Shown: positions 45,675 through 46,278 of the stretch, one piece after another
Position numbering within the stretch: position 1 is the first letter of the stretch
Layout of the letters: every line of letters starts with the position of its first letter
Origin: Sphingomonas sp.
GTDB taxonomy: Bacteria > Pseudomonadota > Alphaproteobacteria > Sphingomonadales > Sphingomonadaceae
Assembly (NCBI RefSeq): GCF_048594985.1
Contig: NZ_JBMDXG010000348.1
Span: forward strand, 1 to 46,278
DNA: 46,278 bases
Reading direction: 5' to 3'
The notes under the pieces: model-generated
What the model saw: the letters and a program-made list of their open reading frames with translations, nothing else
Told to the model about the DNA's origin: nothing
Databases searched by the model: none
Program-made: the position numbers and the translations under genes

Positions 45675-46278
45675 TTAAAAGTCCATGCCGCCCATGCCGC
45701 CCATGCCGCCGCCGGGCATGCCGCCCGCCGGTGCCTTGTCGTCGGCCGGCAGCTCGCTCACCGCCGCTTCGGTGGTGATGAGCAGGCCCGCGACGGACGC
45801 GGCGTTCTGGAGCGCGGTGCGCACGACCTTGGTCGGGTCGATCACGCCGGCCTGGACCAGGTTCTCGTACGTGTCGGTCTGGGCGTTGAAGCCCTGCGTC
45901 GGATCGTTGCCCTCGAGCAGCTTGCCCGAGACCACCGCGCCGTCATGGCCGGCATTGGTCGCGATCTGGCGGACCAGCGCAGTCAGCGACTTGCGGACGA
46001 TGTCGATGCCGCGCGTCTGGTCGTCATTGGCGCCGGTGACACCTTCGAGGACCTTCGACGCGTACAGCAGCGCGGTGCCGCCGCCCGGAACGATGCCTTC
46101 CTCGACCGCGGCGCGGGTCGCGTGCAGCGCGTCGTCGACGCGGTCCTTGCGCTCCTTCACTTCGACTTCCGAAGCACCGCCGACCTTGATGACAGCAACG
46201 CCGCCAGCAAGCTTGGCGAGACGCTCCTGCAGCTTTTCGCGGTCGTAGTCCGACGTGGTGACTTCGATCTGCGAACGG
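45675..46278 (-). CDS. groL: Chaperonin GroEL, C-terminal part (truncated by window edge)
   Basis: [41 protein letters not shown] tail. Confidence 0.98.
   Translation of the reverse strand, partial: RSQIEVTTSDYDREKLQERLAKLAGGVAVIKVGGASEVEVKERKDRVDDALHATRAAVEEGIVPGGGTALLYASKVLEGVTGANDDQTRGIDIVRKSLTALVRQIATNAGHDGAVVSGKLLEGNDPTQGFNAQTDTYENLVQAGVIDPTKVVRTALQNAASVAGLLITTEAAVSELPADDKAPAGGMPGGGMGGMGGMDF

Overview
High-GC alphaproteobacterial chromosome, with gene content and protein sequences that look sphingomonad-like. Positions 1-11.7 kb (minus strand) hold the upstream part of an RcGTA-like gene transfer agent head-tail cluster: small and large terminase, portal, prohead protease, HK97 capsid, adaptor, stopper, tail terminator, tail tube, chaperones, a short tape measure and a truncated DUF2460 gene. 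Non-canonical parts of the cluster: (i) a four-ORF head-spike module after the capsid gene, made of a GhsA/Rcc01079-like base, an uncalled 43-aa linker peptide, a KISAL-type fibre and a 45-aa ORF; (ii) a holin-like gene plus a lipoprotein between the terminase genes; (iii) a low-GC lipoprotein insert before the capsid gene; (iv) three copies of a covarying 27-nt hairpin; (v) a sigma70 promoter with LexA-like boxes and intrinsic terminators directly in front of several GTA genes, which suggests antitermination control. The rest is mostly core genome: metC, FeS photolyase, queF, two RcnB-family genes, class I lysS, dinG (broken by one in-frame TAG), sixA, glnB-glnA (sigma54 promoter and two NtrC sites), pepF, pfpI, map, bpt, threonine dehydratase, amidohydrolase, redoxin/SDR/dsbD, an ArsR-methyltransferase, mlaA, a GreA-like gene, tag and the 3' end of groL. 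All family calls come from motif recognition by eye; no searches were run.
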